Below, piece by piece: positions 49,101 to 56,642 of a DNA stretch of 64,000 bases (positions are counted from its first letter, which is position 1; each line of letters starts with the position of its first letter). The notes beneath the pieces are model-generated. The model searched no databases, was not told the origin of the DNA, and worked only from the letters and a program-made list of their open reading frames with translations. Where the stretch lies: the NCBI GenBank assembly GCA_965223545.1, contig OZ245006.1, forward strand, positions 1,056,001 to 1,120,000, in the 5' to 3' direction. A program made the translations under genes and the position numbers. This DNA comes from Planctomycetota bacterium. Its GTDB lineage: Bacteria > Planctomycetota > UBA1135 > UBA2386.

Positions 49101-49434
49101 CGCGGACATCGTGCTCAACTCCACCACCGGAGCGTTAGCAGCGACCAGCGTAGGTGCGGTCGCCGCCAACGGCCACTTCGTCGAGCTCGGCGTCGCGCTG
49201 CCCGAAGCCGCCCACCGCCGCGGTGACATCCAAGTCCATCGCGTCGTGACCGGCCCCGGCACGCCGTCGTTCGACACCGACTGGCAGGCGGTGGGCGCCG
49301 GCCTGACCGGCGGGGTGTTGCCGCCACTACGCGCCACGGTGTTCGCCGCGGAGCGCGCGGCGCTGGCGTTCGAGCTCATGGCGCGGGGCGAGCATGTTGG
49401 CAAGGTGCTGCTCCACTTTCGCGGCGACGGGTGA
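40168..49434 (+). CDS. Hybrid NRPS-PKS: C-A-PCP-KS(Cys->Ser)-AT-KR-ACP-DH-ER
   Basis: C (QQRLW, SHFVCDG); A (FTSGSTGRPKG, YGPTE, YRTGD); PCP GGHSL; KS (DTASSTS, HGTAT, KSNLGH); AT (GHSLG, HAFHS); KR (ITGGTGGVG, YAAAN); ACP GFDSL; DH (HPLL, HRVGG, HPAVLD); ER (LIHAATGGVG). Confidence 0.93.
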   Translation: MTSTLPESERPPASGDEAAPLTFGQQRLWLLWQMGRQLTEYNVPQALLLEGALDRRALASAIDAVVRRQAALRTALTEVDGEPAQRVVPARATEFAELDCSGTPDPLRAALDWAAGLGEQPFDFGEGHLLRCGLATLGPQRSLLSVTLSHFVCDGWSLGVLWREIDHYYGGGDGPAPLPRSLVEHARWQRQRFRERRPALVRYWREALSGAPTLVLPTDGERTFRSPRRGALLRFEVGADTLCAARALGAECGATLYMVLLAAVKTVLARHSGQSDVVIGSPIAHRAEPAVKPLIGMVANMMVLRTDLGGEPSFRDVVQRVREVVIGAVQHSEMPFEQLVAELRPPRDRTRNPLFDVVMVLDDEAAPPRLGDLCARELQPPHTTAKFDLTLAMVPAGDGLRAVLEYDTDLFAPARIERLVGHLQLLLRAGVDNPQQCVWRLPMLTERELGRVLPGAARLARGAAPTPVLERIAAQVAARPDATAIVDPDGTHLAFGALWQRAGALAAQLRALDGDGDAIGVLLPRGIDLVVSLLAAWRAGRAYVPLDPLHPAPRLAAMIDDARIGCVVADAVDPALEPHLRERGVVHVAPRAPSPADAPRPNGAAETAGALAYVLFTSGSTGRPKGVEVTHSGLAHLVDWHLRRYPVGPGERAVSVAGAGFDAFGWELWPPLAAGAAVWLADDAVRADPARLWAWLRDNAVHWAFAPTGLAEAMLLQSGPPPRHLRALLTGGERLTRRPPPALGFTVHNHYGPTEGTVVSTAARVDPGPAAAGSPPIGTPIDGTLALVVDRWQQPVPVGVSGELWIGGAGVARGYRGDPQRTAAHFVEHPLLPGVPMYRTGDQVRWREDGQLDFVGRLDHQIKIRGLRVELGEIEHALRRQPAVGEAVCVVQGGEQAPRLVAYVCARPGHPLDVEQLRAALLDALPIAMVPAAIVLRTGLPRTATGKVDRTALASDDARLERGAADREPPRAGVEQRLAALWCDELDLSRVARDDNLFEIGGHSLHAIRLRRRIEREFGVAVPVALLFEHSSIATMAAHLAGQDPAAPPAPTAAADRSAAPASDSDGEADAAIAIIGIGGRFPQAKTLDEFWDNLCAGREAVRWFDDAELRAAGGVPDALLSDPQYVPARAILEDIDQFDAGLFRTRPREAEQLDPQVRLFLEIAWQTTEDAGYDPRRVPGECGVYAGCGINSYERHCLAHNPDYRARTRGFEQSLADQQFLTLHVSHKLGLRGPSLQIDTASSTSLVAVVQACQALLAGHCDLALAGGVNLSVPQQVGHLFREGDINSPDGHCRPFDAAAAGTVGGEGAGAVLLKPLRAALRDGDPVRAVIRGAAINNDGSAKVSFTAPSVQGQVDVIRKAQRKAGIDPATIDYVECHGTATALGDSVEIAALRQAFAAGGERAARCTIGSLKSNLGHLDAAAGIAGLLKTVLSLERGALPPTLHFETANPELHLDESPFEVNTSLRAWPRHPHPRRAAVSSFGVGGTNAHVVLEQAAPPPAVESAAPDAADAASLLVLSARSEAALARMRTALATHLEAGGGGPLRDVAWTLQTGRPAFRHRHAVLADDRAGAVAALRGERGFSGTRSDASPPVAFLLPGQGSQHAGMGAALYRHCAAFRRAFDECADGFAPLLELDLRSLLWGDEHAAQRARLDETRFAQPAVFAVDYALARTWLELGVRPAALLGHSLGDWVAATLLSVFRLEDALRLVALRGALVQRLPAGAMLHVEHADDPVALRGLGVPVGDGPAELAVAAVNTEDSCVLAGTVAAVAGAEAALAARRIGCRRLATSHAFHSAMMEPALDELAAAVAATERQPPDSECAVYSAVRGGRIAAEALADVDYWVDNLRQPVRFAAALAALRRETAAVLLEVGPGQALTAAGRAGGDGAIAIPTAPHPARAAHELRAWRGAAGQLFIRGVDLRWEALHDGERRRCSLPGTVFARERYWIEPHAPHAPAPRQAATASEDRLPREQWLSAATWQRAGRVPTATDTGGKFAVLTGTPASRALADRLAAGGAAVRRHDAGSLDDATLRALLADSGIDAVLVAHELAADAPATPPLWQLLERCHQLRTAGDRDFPAVVAVTDGLLPVAGEAIRQRHRAAALAACQTRRQSGWIDLPARFAAEDCDAVAALVRRARGGTVTAIRDGLLWQPTHRGLRPGSARPLRCDGTHWITGGTGGVGTALATALADAGAERLVLIARQPASAAALARLAPLRARVDVRIVRADVTDAAALRALLAETGPVRGVVHAACPRPDNDNEATIAAVLAAKIDATEHLTRLLVAQPLQYFCVCSSLASVLPTASESRVRAAYAAANAFLDAWAQDRHPWPTVAIGWETWREAGMARAALGDEAADAHPELALGLSDADGRWVLGAALGMDEPLVRVSTTALEDRLRDVAPAPNSPAPRPTAGSQTAGPESIEAALRAALLPLLGVDRIEAEDDLFELGFDSLVGHRWIARLRQAGIELPLRAALETPRLTALAEVARPIEASTDAREHPLLGATLECGASRGRWQSTLSPSRDWVLGEHRVGGRAVLVGSAYLELARAAFAAFRASERDADGPVEIRDLTLLRPITAADGGSATLHTSVRRDAESAAFEVSAGEHGPPFATARLRPHRDADPAPLDLAGLRRDGRRLEPAAAPTASGAAFGPRWRCLRQIWHCAEGMLAELQLPAAHAEADAAFALHPAVLDAGVCIDGAPTAQLVPFAYERATVYGPVTAHCFAWTRVRARAERQCVVDADWVTPAGETCLSVRGLVLRRASPRDNARLHIATPGLLETLTLVPAPRRPPAAGEIEIAVAFAALNFKDVLLALGKISHDGNAEPPLGFECAGTVVRVGTGVDGPHVGDSVVALAPGAAAHYVTCAANAVARCPDGLDLAAAATLPGAYLTAHHALVTLAELREGQRVLIHAATGGVGSAAVHVARVRGAEVLATAGSPAKRALLRDRGVRHVADSRSDAFATMVGAATDGRGADIVLNSTTGALAATSVGAVAANGHFVELGVALPEAAHRRGDIQVHRVVTGPGTPSFDTDWQAVGAGLTGGVLPPLRATVFAAERAALAFELMARGEHVGKVLLHFRGDG

Positions 49435-50026
49435 GCGTCTGGGGCCGAGAATCCTCGAGCGGCAACAACATTTCCGAAGGCCGGTTGTCGTCGGGACTTC
49501 GATACCGCAACTCCCGCACGCTCGAAAGCAACACTGGCGTCTGCGCTCAGCGCGGCCGCGGCGACCGCGGGACCCGCGACCGACGCTCGGGTCGCGGAAT
49601 GCTCCGTGTTTGGTTGCGGCCTCGGCCACGCTGAGCCTCAGGGTCCGCAAATCATCGCGCGGCGACAACCTTTCGGAAGGCTCGATGCCGCTGGACTTCG
49701 ACAACGCAGCTCCCGGAGGCTCGAAGACAACACTGGCCTCTGCGCTCAGCGCGGTCGCCGGCGACCGCGGGACCCGCGACCGACGCTCGGGTCGCGGAAT
49801 GCTCCGTGTTTGGTTGCGGCCTCGGCCGCGCTGAGCCTCCGGCGCCTCGAATCGTCGAGCGGCGACAACATTCTCGAGGCGACGTCGCCGCCTTGGCAGC
49901 GACGCTGCCGCGCCGGAGGCTCGGAGAGACAGTGCCTCCTGGCTCAGCGCGGCGGCGGATGGGTCGGGCCTTCCAAGCCGCTCCGGGAAAAGCGGCATCC
50001 GAGTTTGCGGCCTCGGCCGCGCTGAG
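49432..50026 (+). repeat. Tandem array of three about 200-bp palindrome-rich repeats, same family as 16051-16490
   Basis: TGAG unit starts at 49432, 49632, 49832 and 50023; identical 67-bp block at 49561 and 49761; unit 3 closely matches the reverse complement of the 16.1-16.5 kb unit. Confidence 0.92.
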
Positions 50027-50295
50027 AATCCGACCCGTCGGGTGACTTGGCTCGGCCGCTCGACCGAAGCCAGGGCTCCCTTCACCCCGTCACGAGCCGC
50101 AAGTAGGGGCAGGGGAACCGGGCGACTCCTTATATTTCGCCGGTTGGTCGCTTCCGCCGGCTGGATTCAGACCCATTCGCACCGCGGTCTACGGACACTA
50201 TGGCGACGTCGCTCTTTACGAAAGACCATTTGGAAATGTGCGGTGGCTCTCCAGACAAAATCTGAACCAAAGGTCGTCGCGCTGAACGCGCCCAA

Positions 50296-51705
50296 TCATC
50301 TCTTAGCAAGCAATTCCGCAATGGCCGCACCCAGTCCCGAAGTCGGGCGAGCCGCTTCGAGGTCCAAGAACCTGCCATCTGCGTCGACCAGGAAGTAGTG
50401 CGGCACCCCCGAAACTCCGAACGCGGTGTAGGGTGCCGATTCGAACCCACCACCGGCCCACAAGCGATGTTCGTTGGCAGACGCCAAACCGCGCTCCTTC
50501 AACGCATCTCGCCATCGTTGTTGTTCATCGTCGACGTTGAGACTCACGAATGCGACGCGGTCGTCCCCACGATAGCTCTCGACGAGATTCTCCCACGCAG
50601 CCGCTTCAACCTTGCAATGCGGACACCAACTCGCCCAGAACTCGATAACGACGAGGCGGCCGTGCAGCGCCGTTGCAGTAAACGCCTTACCTCGTTCGTC
50701 GATGGCCTTGACCGCTGGCGCCGGGCGACCCGGCTGCAGCCCACGCGTCCGGTCCGCGTGCTCTCGCACGATATCCATTAGTGCTGACGATGCCGTGTTG
50801 TTGAGCGCCTGCACAACAGCTGCACGGCCCTCATCATCCAGACCCTCCAATCTGCGAATAGCGCTACGGCCGAGCATGTAGTGCCGCGCGGCATCGTCGG
50901 CCGCCGAAGCACTCACAAATCGAAACCACTCTTCGTGTTGCGACTCGCCCGTCGGACCATCGTGCAGCAGCTCTAGTGGCCTCTGCCACCCACCGTCTGC
51001 CGTCAAATAGTGGGAATCGATAGGCAATAGAGTTCGCGCATATTCCAACAGCGCCGCGGCACTCGCGTCGTCGCGCTTGAAACGGGCGTGGGTCTCGAAT
51101 GCGTACTCGACTCGTGACGCTATGCCTCGCCGCAAGTAGTGCGCTTCGACTTCGCTGAGCTGACCGGCTGTGTGGGCGGCGGCTACTTTGGACCTGGCAG
51201 TCCCGCTCAGTCGGTTGACCGCGTCGATAAACGCTGGCGTCTCGCTCTTCAGCGGGAACGCCATGATGTCGAGCAGACTCGCGAACTCCTGCGCCAAGGT
51301 GTTTGCCTTGTCGTCGACAGGAAACACCATACCGTCTGCCAATCGCTCGACATCGCCGCGGAAGGACGTCGTCTTGCCAGGACGCAAGAAGAGCGGCACT
51401 ACTCGAAGCTGGTCCAAGACTAGAAAGGCTGTGCACGGAACGGATACTGCGGCGCGCCCTTGCAGACGTCCATCAGCAGCAACCGTGACCCGCCCTGCCG
51501 ACGTTTGCCTGAGTTTCCAAAGGTCCAGGACCAGAAGCGGATATTGCCCCGGAGGGCAGTGCCGCAGTAGGCCTTCGACGTCGGCATGACCTACCCCCGG
51601 CACTTCACTGCCAGGTGGCGCCTCGTTTTGGTGGCGCGGAACGACCGTGCATGACGGCAACCACACGAACGTGAGGGCGAGTAAGGAATTGCGATTCCTT
51701 GACAT
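50296..51705 (-). CDS. TlpA-family thiol-disulfide oxidoreductase lipoprotein
   Basis: Lipobox-like LPSC; C-terminal G.PAP...VIEFWASWCPHC...GVPHYFLVD; lower GC than its neighbours. Confidence 0.85.
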   Translation of the reverse strand: MSRNRNSLLALTFVWLPSCTVVPRHQNEAPPGSEVPGVGHADVEGLLRHCPPGQYPLLVLDLWKLRQTSAGRVTVAADGRLQGRAAVSVPCTAFLVLDQLRVVPLFLRPGKTTSFRGDVERLADGMVFPVDDKANTLAQEFASLLDIMAFPLKSETPAFIDAVNRLSGTARSKVAAAHTAGQLSEVEAHYLRRGIASRVEYAFETHARFKRDDASAAALLEYARTLLPIDSHYLTADGGWQRPLELLHDGPTGESQHEEWFRFVSASAADDAARHYMLGRSAIRRLEGLDDEGRAAVVQALNNTASSALMDIVREHADRTRGLQPGRPAPAVKAIDERGKAFTATALHGRLVVIEFWASWCPHCKVEAAAWENLVESYRGDDRVAFVSLNVDDEQQRWRDALKERGLASANEHRLWAGGGFESAPYTAFGVSGVPHYFLVDADGRFLDLEAARPTSGLGAAIAELLAKR

Positions 51706-51884
51706 GGCTTGATTCTCGAACCGAAAAGGCACGCTCTTGGTGAGACCCGACTCCGAACACAATGCGCGTTCTGTAACGAGTTGCCTGCAACCGCCTCGGC
51801 GGCTTCACTGTAGCGGGAGCCAGAGGCCGGGGCAACGCCAGGCCAGACCCAAGGTGGTAGCTCCCGACACGATCTTCGCTTTTC

Positions 51885-54800
51885 CTACCAGTCCGCGCCG
51901 CCAACGAACCTCCGGCGCAACGCGTCCAGCGGCTCGAGTCCCGCTAGCACGACGTCAGCGCTCAAACCGAAGTCGAGCAGACAAGCGATCTCGTCCACCC
52001 CTGCCGCGACCAGCCGTTGCACCATCGCGACCGCGGTGTCGACGCTGCCGAACAGCGCTCCGTCACGCAGATGACCCTCGACGGCGTGCTCGAGCCAAGC
52101 GTCCGCGTTCGCGCGCAGCGCGCGGCGCTCCGCCGAAGCCGCGTCGAGGCGCTCCTCGTGCTGCGCCAAGAACGCGCGCAGGTAGCCACGCATCGGGGCG
52201 CGCACCGCGTCGAACACGGCCGCGTCCGGGGCCCCCAAGTAGCAGTGCAGCATGACGGTCACCTGCCCTGGGCCCTCGTGGCCGGCTGCGCGGCGCAGCT
52301 GCCGGTACTCGGCAATGCGTTGTGCCAGCACGTCGATCGGCTGGTTGACCAGGCCGGTGAGCACGTTGGTGCCGAGCTCGGCGGCGAGCCGCCAGGTCTC
52401 GGGGTTGGCGGCGATCGAGATCCACAGTGGCAGCTCCGCTTGCACGGGGCGCGGCAAGATACGCACCTCGTGCCGGCCGCCGTCGCAGTCGTCGAACGCG
52501 ACGCTCTCACCCGCCCACAGCGCGCGCAGCTGCTCCAGTTGGCGCCGCGTGTCGGCGCCGCGGGTGGCGTGCGACGAACGCGCCAGCACGAAGTCGCGCG
52601 GATGCCAGCCACAGGCCACCGACAGGCCGACGCGGCCGCCCGACAGGTTGTCGATCACCGCCCAGTCCTCGGCGACGCGCACCGGGTGGTGCAGTGGCAG
52701 CACCACGCTGCCGGCGCGGAGCGCGATGCGCTCGGTCGCGGTCGCCAGCGCCGCGGCGGTGACCGCGGGGTTGGGATACAGACCGCCGAACGCCTGAAAG
52801 TGCCGCTCGGGCGTCCAGACGGCGGCGAATCCGGCGCGGTCGGCGGCGCGCGCGCACTCGAGCAACAGGCGATAGCGTGCGGGCTCGGTCGTGGTGCCGT
52901 CGGCGGAGAAGAACAGCAGGCTGAACTGCACCGCGCCCGCCGCCGACTCCGCTGGCGGCGCCACGCGGGGCGCGGCGGGCACCGGCGCCTCCAATGGTGC
53001 CGCGGATCGCGCCGGGGGCGCAGCCCCATCGACACCGTCCGCATCGGCGGCGAGCGAGCTGGCCGGGGCGTCGCGCAGCCGCGCCGCCAGCGCCGCCGCG
53101 CTGGGCGCATCGAACACTTCCCGCAACGTCACGGTCCGCCCGGTGCGCTCCTCGAGCTCCGCGATCAGCGAGAACGCGAGCAACGAGTTGCCGCCGAGCT
53201 CGAAGAAGTCGTCGTCCGCGCGCGCGGCGTCACCGAACACGTGCTGCCAGGCAGCCAGGGTCGCCACACCGAAATCGACTGCGGCGGCCGGAGCACGGGC
53301 AGCCGGCGCGGCGGCCCCGGTGGCGGCCGCCGCAGCAGTGCGCTCGACGGGGCGCTCGACCGGCGGACTCCACGGCAGCCGCACCCGGGCAAACGGGTAG
53401 CCGGGCAGAGAGACCCGACGCGCGGGCCGCTCGCCGCGCACCACGCGCCAATCGACCGCCACGCCGGCCGCCCAAAGGGCAGCCACAGCTTGATCGCAGG
53501 CGCGCTGAGCGTTGCGCGCGCGCGGATCCAGCCCGGCGACCACCACCGGCTGGTCGGGGTGCGCTGCGAGCTGGCCGACCAACGCGCTGCCGACCCCGAC
53601 CTGCAGCAGGACGCGCGCTTCTCGCGTGGCGCGACCGACCGCCGCCCACAGCCCCTCGGCGTCGTCGCCGCACAGCACGGGTGGTGCACCGCCGTCCCGC
53701 TCCGGCCGCGCCACCGCGCCACCGAGGGTCGCTCGCAGCGCTGCTTCGACCGACACCGCGCCGACCACCGCGCGCGCCGCGTTGGTCGCGCCGGTGCCGC
53801 TCGCCACCAGCGCCACGGGCGCGCCCAGCGCGCGCTGCCACCACTCCGCGGCCGCGATCTGCAGGGCGGCGTGGGCGGCCCGCGCCTCGGCGGCATCCGC
53901 CGGCGGCGGTGCAGTCCCCGCGAGCCACGCCGCGGCCGCGCCGCCACCCAGGTCTTGCAGCACTCGCGCACCGCGAGCGAGGGCGGCGCCCAGCGCGGGC
54001 CCCGCCTCGCGCCACGCGGAGAGCCACTCCCCAGCCGGCAGCGGCTCGCCGTCCGCGAGCACCAGCCCGACCGGCGCTTCTGGCAGCACGGCGCGCACCG
54101 CGCCGGCCGCGACCCTCTGCAGCGCCGCGGCGGCCTCGGTCGTGCTGTCGGCCACCAACGCAACGCGGTGCAGCAGCGCACGACGCCCACTCTGCAGCGT
54201 GTGCGCCACCGCCGCCAGCGACGGACCCTCTGCCTGCAGGTGCCGCGCGACGGCCGCCGCCGCCGCGAGCACCGCTTCGACGGATTGGCCCGAGAGCGGC
54301 AGCACCTCGCTGCGCACTGCCGCGTCGCCAGCCGAGGTGCCCGACTGCTCTGCCGCGGAGTCCGGGGCCTCCTGCACGACGACGTGCGCGTTGGTGCCGC
54401 CGACGCCGAACGCGCTGACCCCGGCGCGGCGCACGCCCGACCGCGGCCAAGGGCGCAGCGCATCGTTGACGAAGAACGGCGTCCGCGCGAACTCGATCTC
54501 GGCGTTGGGCCGGCGGTAGTGCAGGCTCGGCGGCACCACGCCGTGCTGGACGGCGAGCACGGTCTTGATCAGGCCGGCGACACCCGCCGCGGCGTCGAGA
54601 TGACCGATGTTGGTCTTCACCGAGCCGAGCGCGCAGCCGCCCGCTTCGACGCCGCCGAACGCCTCGGTCAACGCCGCCACCTCGATCGGGTCGCCGAGCG
54701 CGGTACCGGTGCCGTGCGCCTCGACCATGCCGATGCTGTCCGGCCGCACCCCCGCCACCGACAGCGCCTCGCGCACCACGTCGATCTGCCCGGACACGCC

Positions 54801-55643
54801 GGGCGCGGCAAAGCCCGCCTTGGTGCCGCCGTCGTTGTTGATCGCCGAGCCGATCAACAGCGCGCGCACGGCGTCCCCATCCGCGACCGCGTCGGCGAGC
54901 CGCCGCAGGACCACGACGCCGACGCCATTGCCGGTGACGGTGCCGGCGGCGTCGCGATCGAACGCGCGGCAGTGCCCGTCGGGTGAGGCGATCCCGCCCT
55001 CGACGTAGCGATAGCCGCGCTCCTGCGGCCACGCGATCGCGACCCCACCGGCGAGCACGAGATCGGCATCGCCGGACAGCAAACTCTGGCAGGCGAGATG
55101 CACCGCCACCAGCGACGTCGAGCACGCCGTCTGCACGGCCACGCTCGGCCCGCGCAGGTCGAGGTGGTAGGACACGGTGCTCGGCGTGAAGTCGACGTCG
55201 CGCTCGATGCGGTCCTGGACCGCCGACGCCGGACTCGACGCGGCGGTGCCGGCGGAACTCGGCCGAGCACCGGCGAACACGCCGATGCGGAGCGCGCTGC
55301 GCGCGGGATCGTGACCCGCATCGTCGAGCGCCGCCCAGCAGCACTCGAGGAACACCCGGCGCTGCGGGTCCATGCGCGCCGCCTGCCCCGGCGGGATGCC
55401 GAACACGGCCGCGTCGAACGCCTCGGCATCGGCCAGACAACCCCGCGCCTTCACGTAGCGCGGGTCGTCGAGCACCGCCTGGTCGACGCCCGCGGCGCGC
55501 AGCGCGGCCGAATCGAAGCGCGTGATGCCCTCGCGCCCGTCACACAGCAGCCGCCAGAACGCGGCGGCATCAGCGGCGCCCGGAAAGCGACAGGCCAGAC
55601 CGGTGACCGCGATCGAATCCGCTGGCGCTTCTTGACCGTTCAT
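51885..55643 (-). CDS. Type I PKS: KS - degenerate AT - ACP - luciferase-like monooxygenase (MupA/Atu3671 type)
   Basis: KS QTACSTSL, HGTGT, KTNIGH; AT-like region with no GHSxG; ACP GGNSL; LLM FSLLFFS...AVWTPERHF..FGGLYPNPAV...LRAGSVVLPLH. Confidence 0.92.
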   Translation of the reverse strand: MNGQEAPADSIAVTGLACRFPGAADAAAFWRLLCDGREGITRFDSAALRAAGVDQAVLDDPRYVKARGCLADAEAFDAAVFGIPPGQAARMDPQRRVFLECCWAALDDAGHDPARSALRIGVFAGARPSSAGTAASSPASAVQDRIERDVDFTPSTVSYHLDLRGPSVAVQTACSTSLVAVHLACQSLLSGDADLVLAGGVAIAWPQERGYRYVEGGIASPDGHCRAFDRDAAGTVTGNGVGVVVLRRLADAVADGDAVRALLIGSAINNDGGTKAGFAAPGVSGQIDVVREALSVAGVRPDSIGMVEAHGTGTALGDPIEVAALTEAFGGVEAGGCALGSVKTNIGHLDAAAGVAGLIKTVLAVQHGVVPPSLHYRRPNAEIEFARTPFFVNDALRPWPRSGVRRAGVSAFGVGGTNAHVVVQEAPDSAAEQSGTSAGDAAVRSEVLPLSGQSVEAVLAAAAAVARHLQAEGPSLAAVAHTLQSGRRALLHRVALVADSTTEAAAALQRVAAGAVRAVLPEAPVGLVLADGEPLPAGEWLSAWREAGPALGAALARGARVLQDLGGGAAAAWLAGTAPPPADAAEARAAHAALQIAAAEWWQRALGAPVALVASGTGATNAARAVVGAVSVEAALRATLGGAVARPERDGGAPPVLCGDDAEGLWAAVGRATREARVLLQVGVGSALVGQLAAHPDQPVVVAGLDPRARNAQRACDQAVAALWAAGVAVDWRVVRGERPARRVSLPGYPFARVRLPWSPPVERPVERTAAAAATGAAAPAARAPAAAVDFGVATLAAWQHVFGDAARADDDFFELGGNSLLAFSLIAELEERTGRTVTLREVFDAPSAAALAARLRDAPASSLAADADGVDGAAPPARSAAPLEAPVPAAPRVAPPAESAAGAVQFSLLFFSADGTTTEPARYRLLLECARAADRAGFAAVWTPERHFQAFGGLYPNPAVTAAALATATERIALRAGSVVLPLHHPVRVAEDWAVIDNLSGGRVGLSVACGWHPRDFVLARSSHATRGADTRRQLEQLRALWAGESVAFDDCDGGRHEVRILPRPVQAELPLWISIAANPETWRLAAELGTNVLTGLVNQPIDVLAQRIAEYRQLRRAAGHEGPGQVTVMLHCYLGAPDAAVFDAVRAPMRGYLRAFLAQHEERLDAASAERRALRANADAWLEHAVEGHLRDGALFGSVDTAVAMVQRLVAAGVDEIACLLDFGLSADVVLAGLEPLDALRRRFVGGADW

Positions 55644-55730
55644 CGTTCCTCGAGCCGGCTGCGCTGCGGACCCGCGCGCCCATTGTGGCGTGGTGCCGGC
55701 GGATTGGCCAGAGCCCGGGCCGCGATCGAT

Positions 55731-56642
55731 CTACGCGAGCGCGTGCTCGAACGCGGCCCGCAACGCGGCCACCTGGGCGGCGTTGCAGACCTCTGGCGTC
55801 GCCCGCGGGCTATCCGGATAGACCTCGGTCGTCGTCGTGTAGCGCGCATCCGTCACACCGCCGCACAAGCCGAGGCGCGTATAGGGGTAGAGGATGACGC
55901 CATGCTGGATCACGTCGGAGCCAATGATCTGCCCGCGCTCATCGGGCGGCGCGATGTGCGTGACCTTCTCCACGCCGGCGATGATCGCCGCCTGGAACTC
56001 GCGCTGCGGATTCTCGGAGTCGCCGACCGTGTAGAACCCGTCGGGGATCGTGCCGGGCTCGAATGGCTTGCCGTCCCGCGCGGCGAGTGCCGGCCGAAAC
56101 TCCTCCTCGTCGCTGTCGGTGGTCTCGTGCAGGTCGAGATGGAGGAGAAACTCGACGCCCGCCTCGGCCACCAGCGAGATCACCGCGGCCGCCTCCTCGG
56201 AAGGACTGTCGGGGACGAAGGAGCGGTTGGGATCGACGGCGTGCGGATTCCAGCGGTGGATCACCTCGTAGCCCCATGGGCTGACGCACGGCGCGACGAG
56301 GAAGTTGAGCCGGTCACTGTAGTCGGCCGCTGCGGTGTGCAGGAAGGCGAGCGCCCCCTGCACGCCACTGGTCTCGTAGCCGTGCACGCCGCCCGTGATC
56401 AGCGCCCACGGCGCGCCCGGCACCGGCGCGCGGCTGCGCGCCGCCATCAGTGGGTAGCGCGCGGGATCGACACTCAGTGCGCCGTACTGGAAGACCTCGA
56501 AACCGGGCACGTCCTGCAGCTTGTCGAGGACCTCGTCGCGGTAGCTCCGGCGGATCTGGCAGCGCTCACGCCAGAGAGCCTTGTCGGCTTGGGTCCACGG
56601 CTCGCCGGGCGTGCCGATCGGGTAGGGGATGGGAGTGCTCAT
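55731..56642 (-). CDS. M14 family metallocarboxypeptidase (AstE/AspA-like)
   Basis: YPIGTPG.PW, GGVHGYETSG, DPNRSF, DLHETT, TTTEVYPD. Confidence 0.88.
   Translation of the reverse strand: MSTPIPYPIGTPGEPWTQADKALWRERCQIRRSYRDEVLDKLQDVPGFEVFQYGALSVDPARYPLMAARSRAPVPGAPWALITGGVHGYETSGVQGALAFLHTAAADYSDRLNFLVAPCVSPWGYEVIHRWNPHAVDPNRSFVPDSPSEEAAAVISLVAEAGVEFLLHLDLHETTDSDEEEFRPALAARDGKPFEPGTIPDGFYTVGDSENPQREFQAAIIAGVEKVTHIAPPDERGQIIGSDVIQHGVILYPYTRLGLCGGVTDARYTTTTEVYPDSPRATPEVCNAAQVAALRAAFEHALA

Noticed and set aside
49327..50085. ORFs inside the repeat arrays sharing peptides such as AAALSQEALSLRASGAAA
   Set aside because: The similarity follows from the DNA repeat; there is no consistent start, RBS or frame conservation between units.
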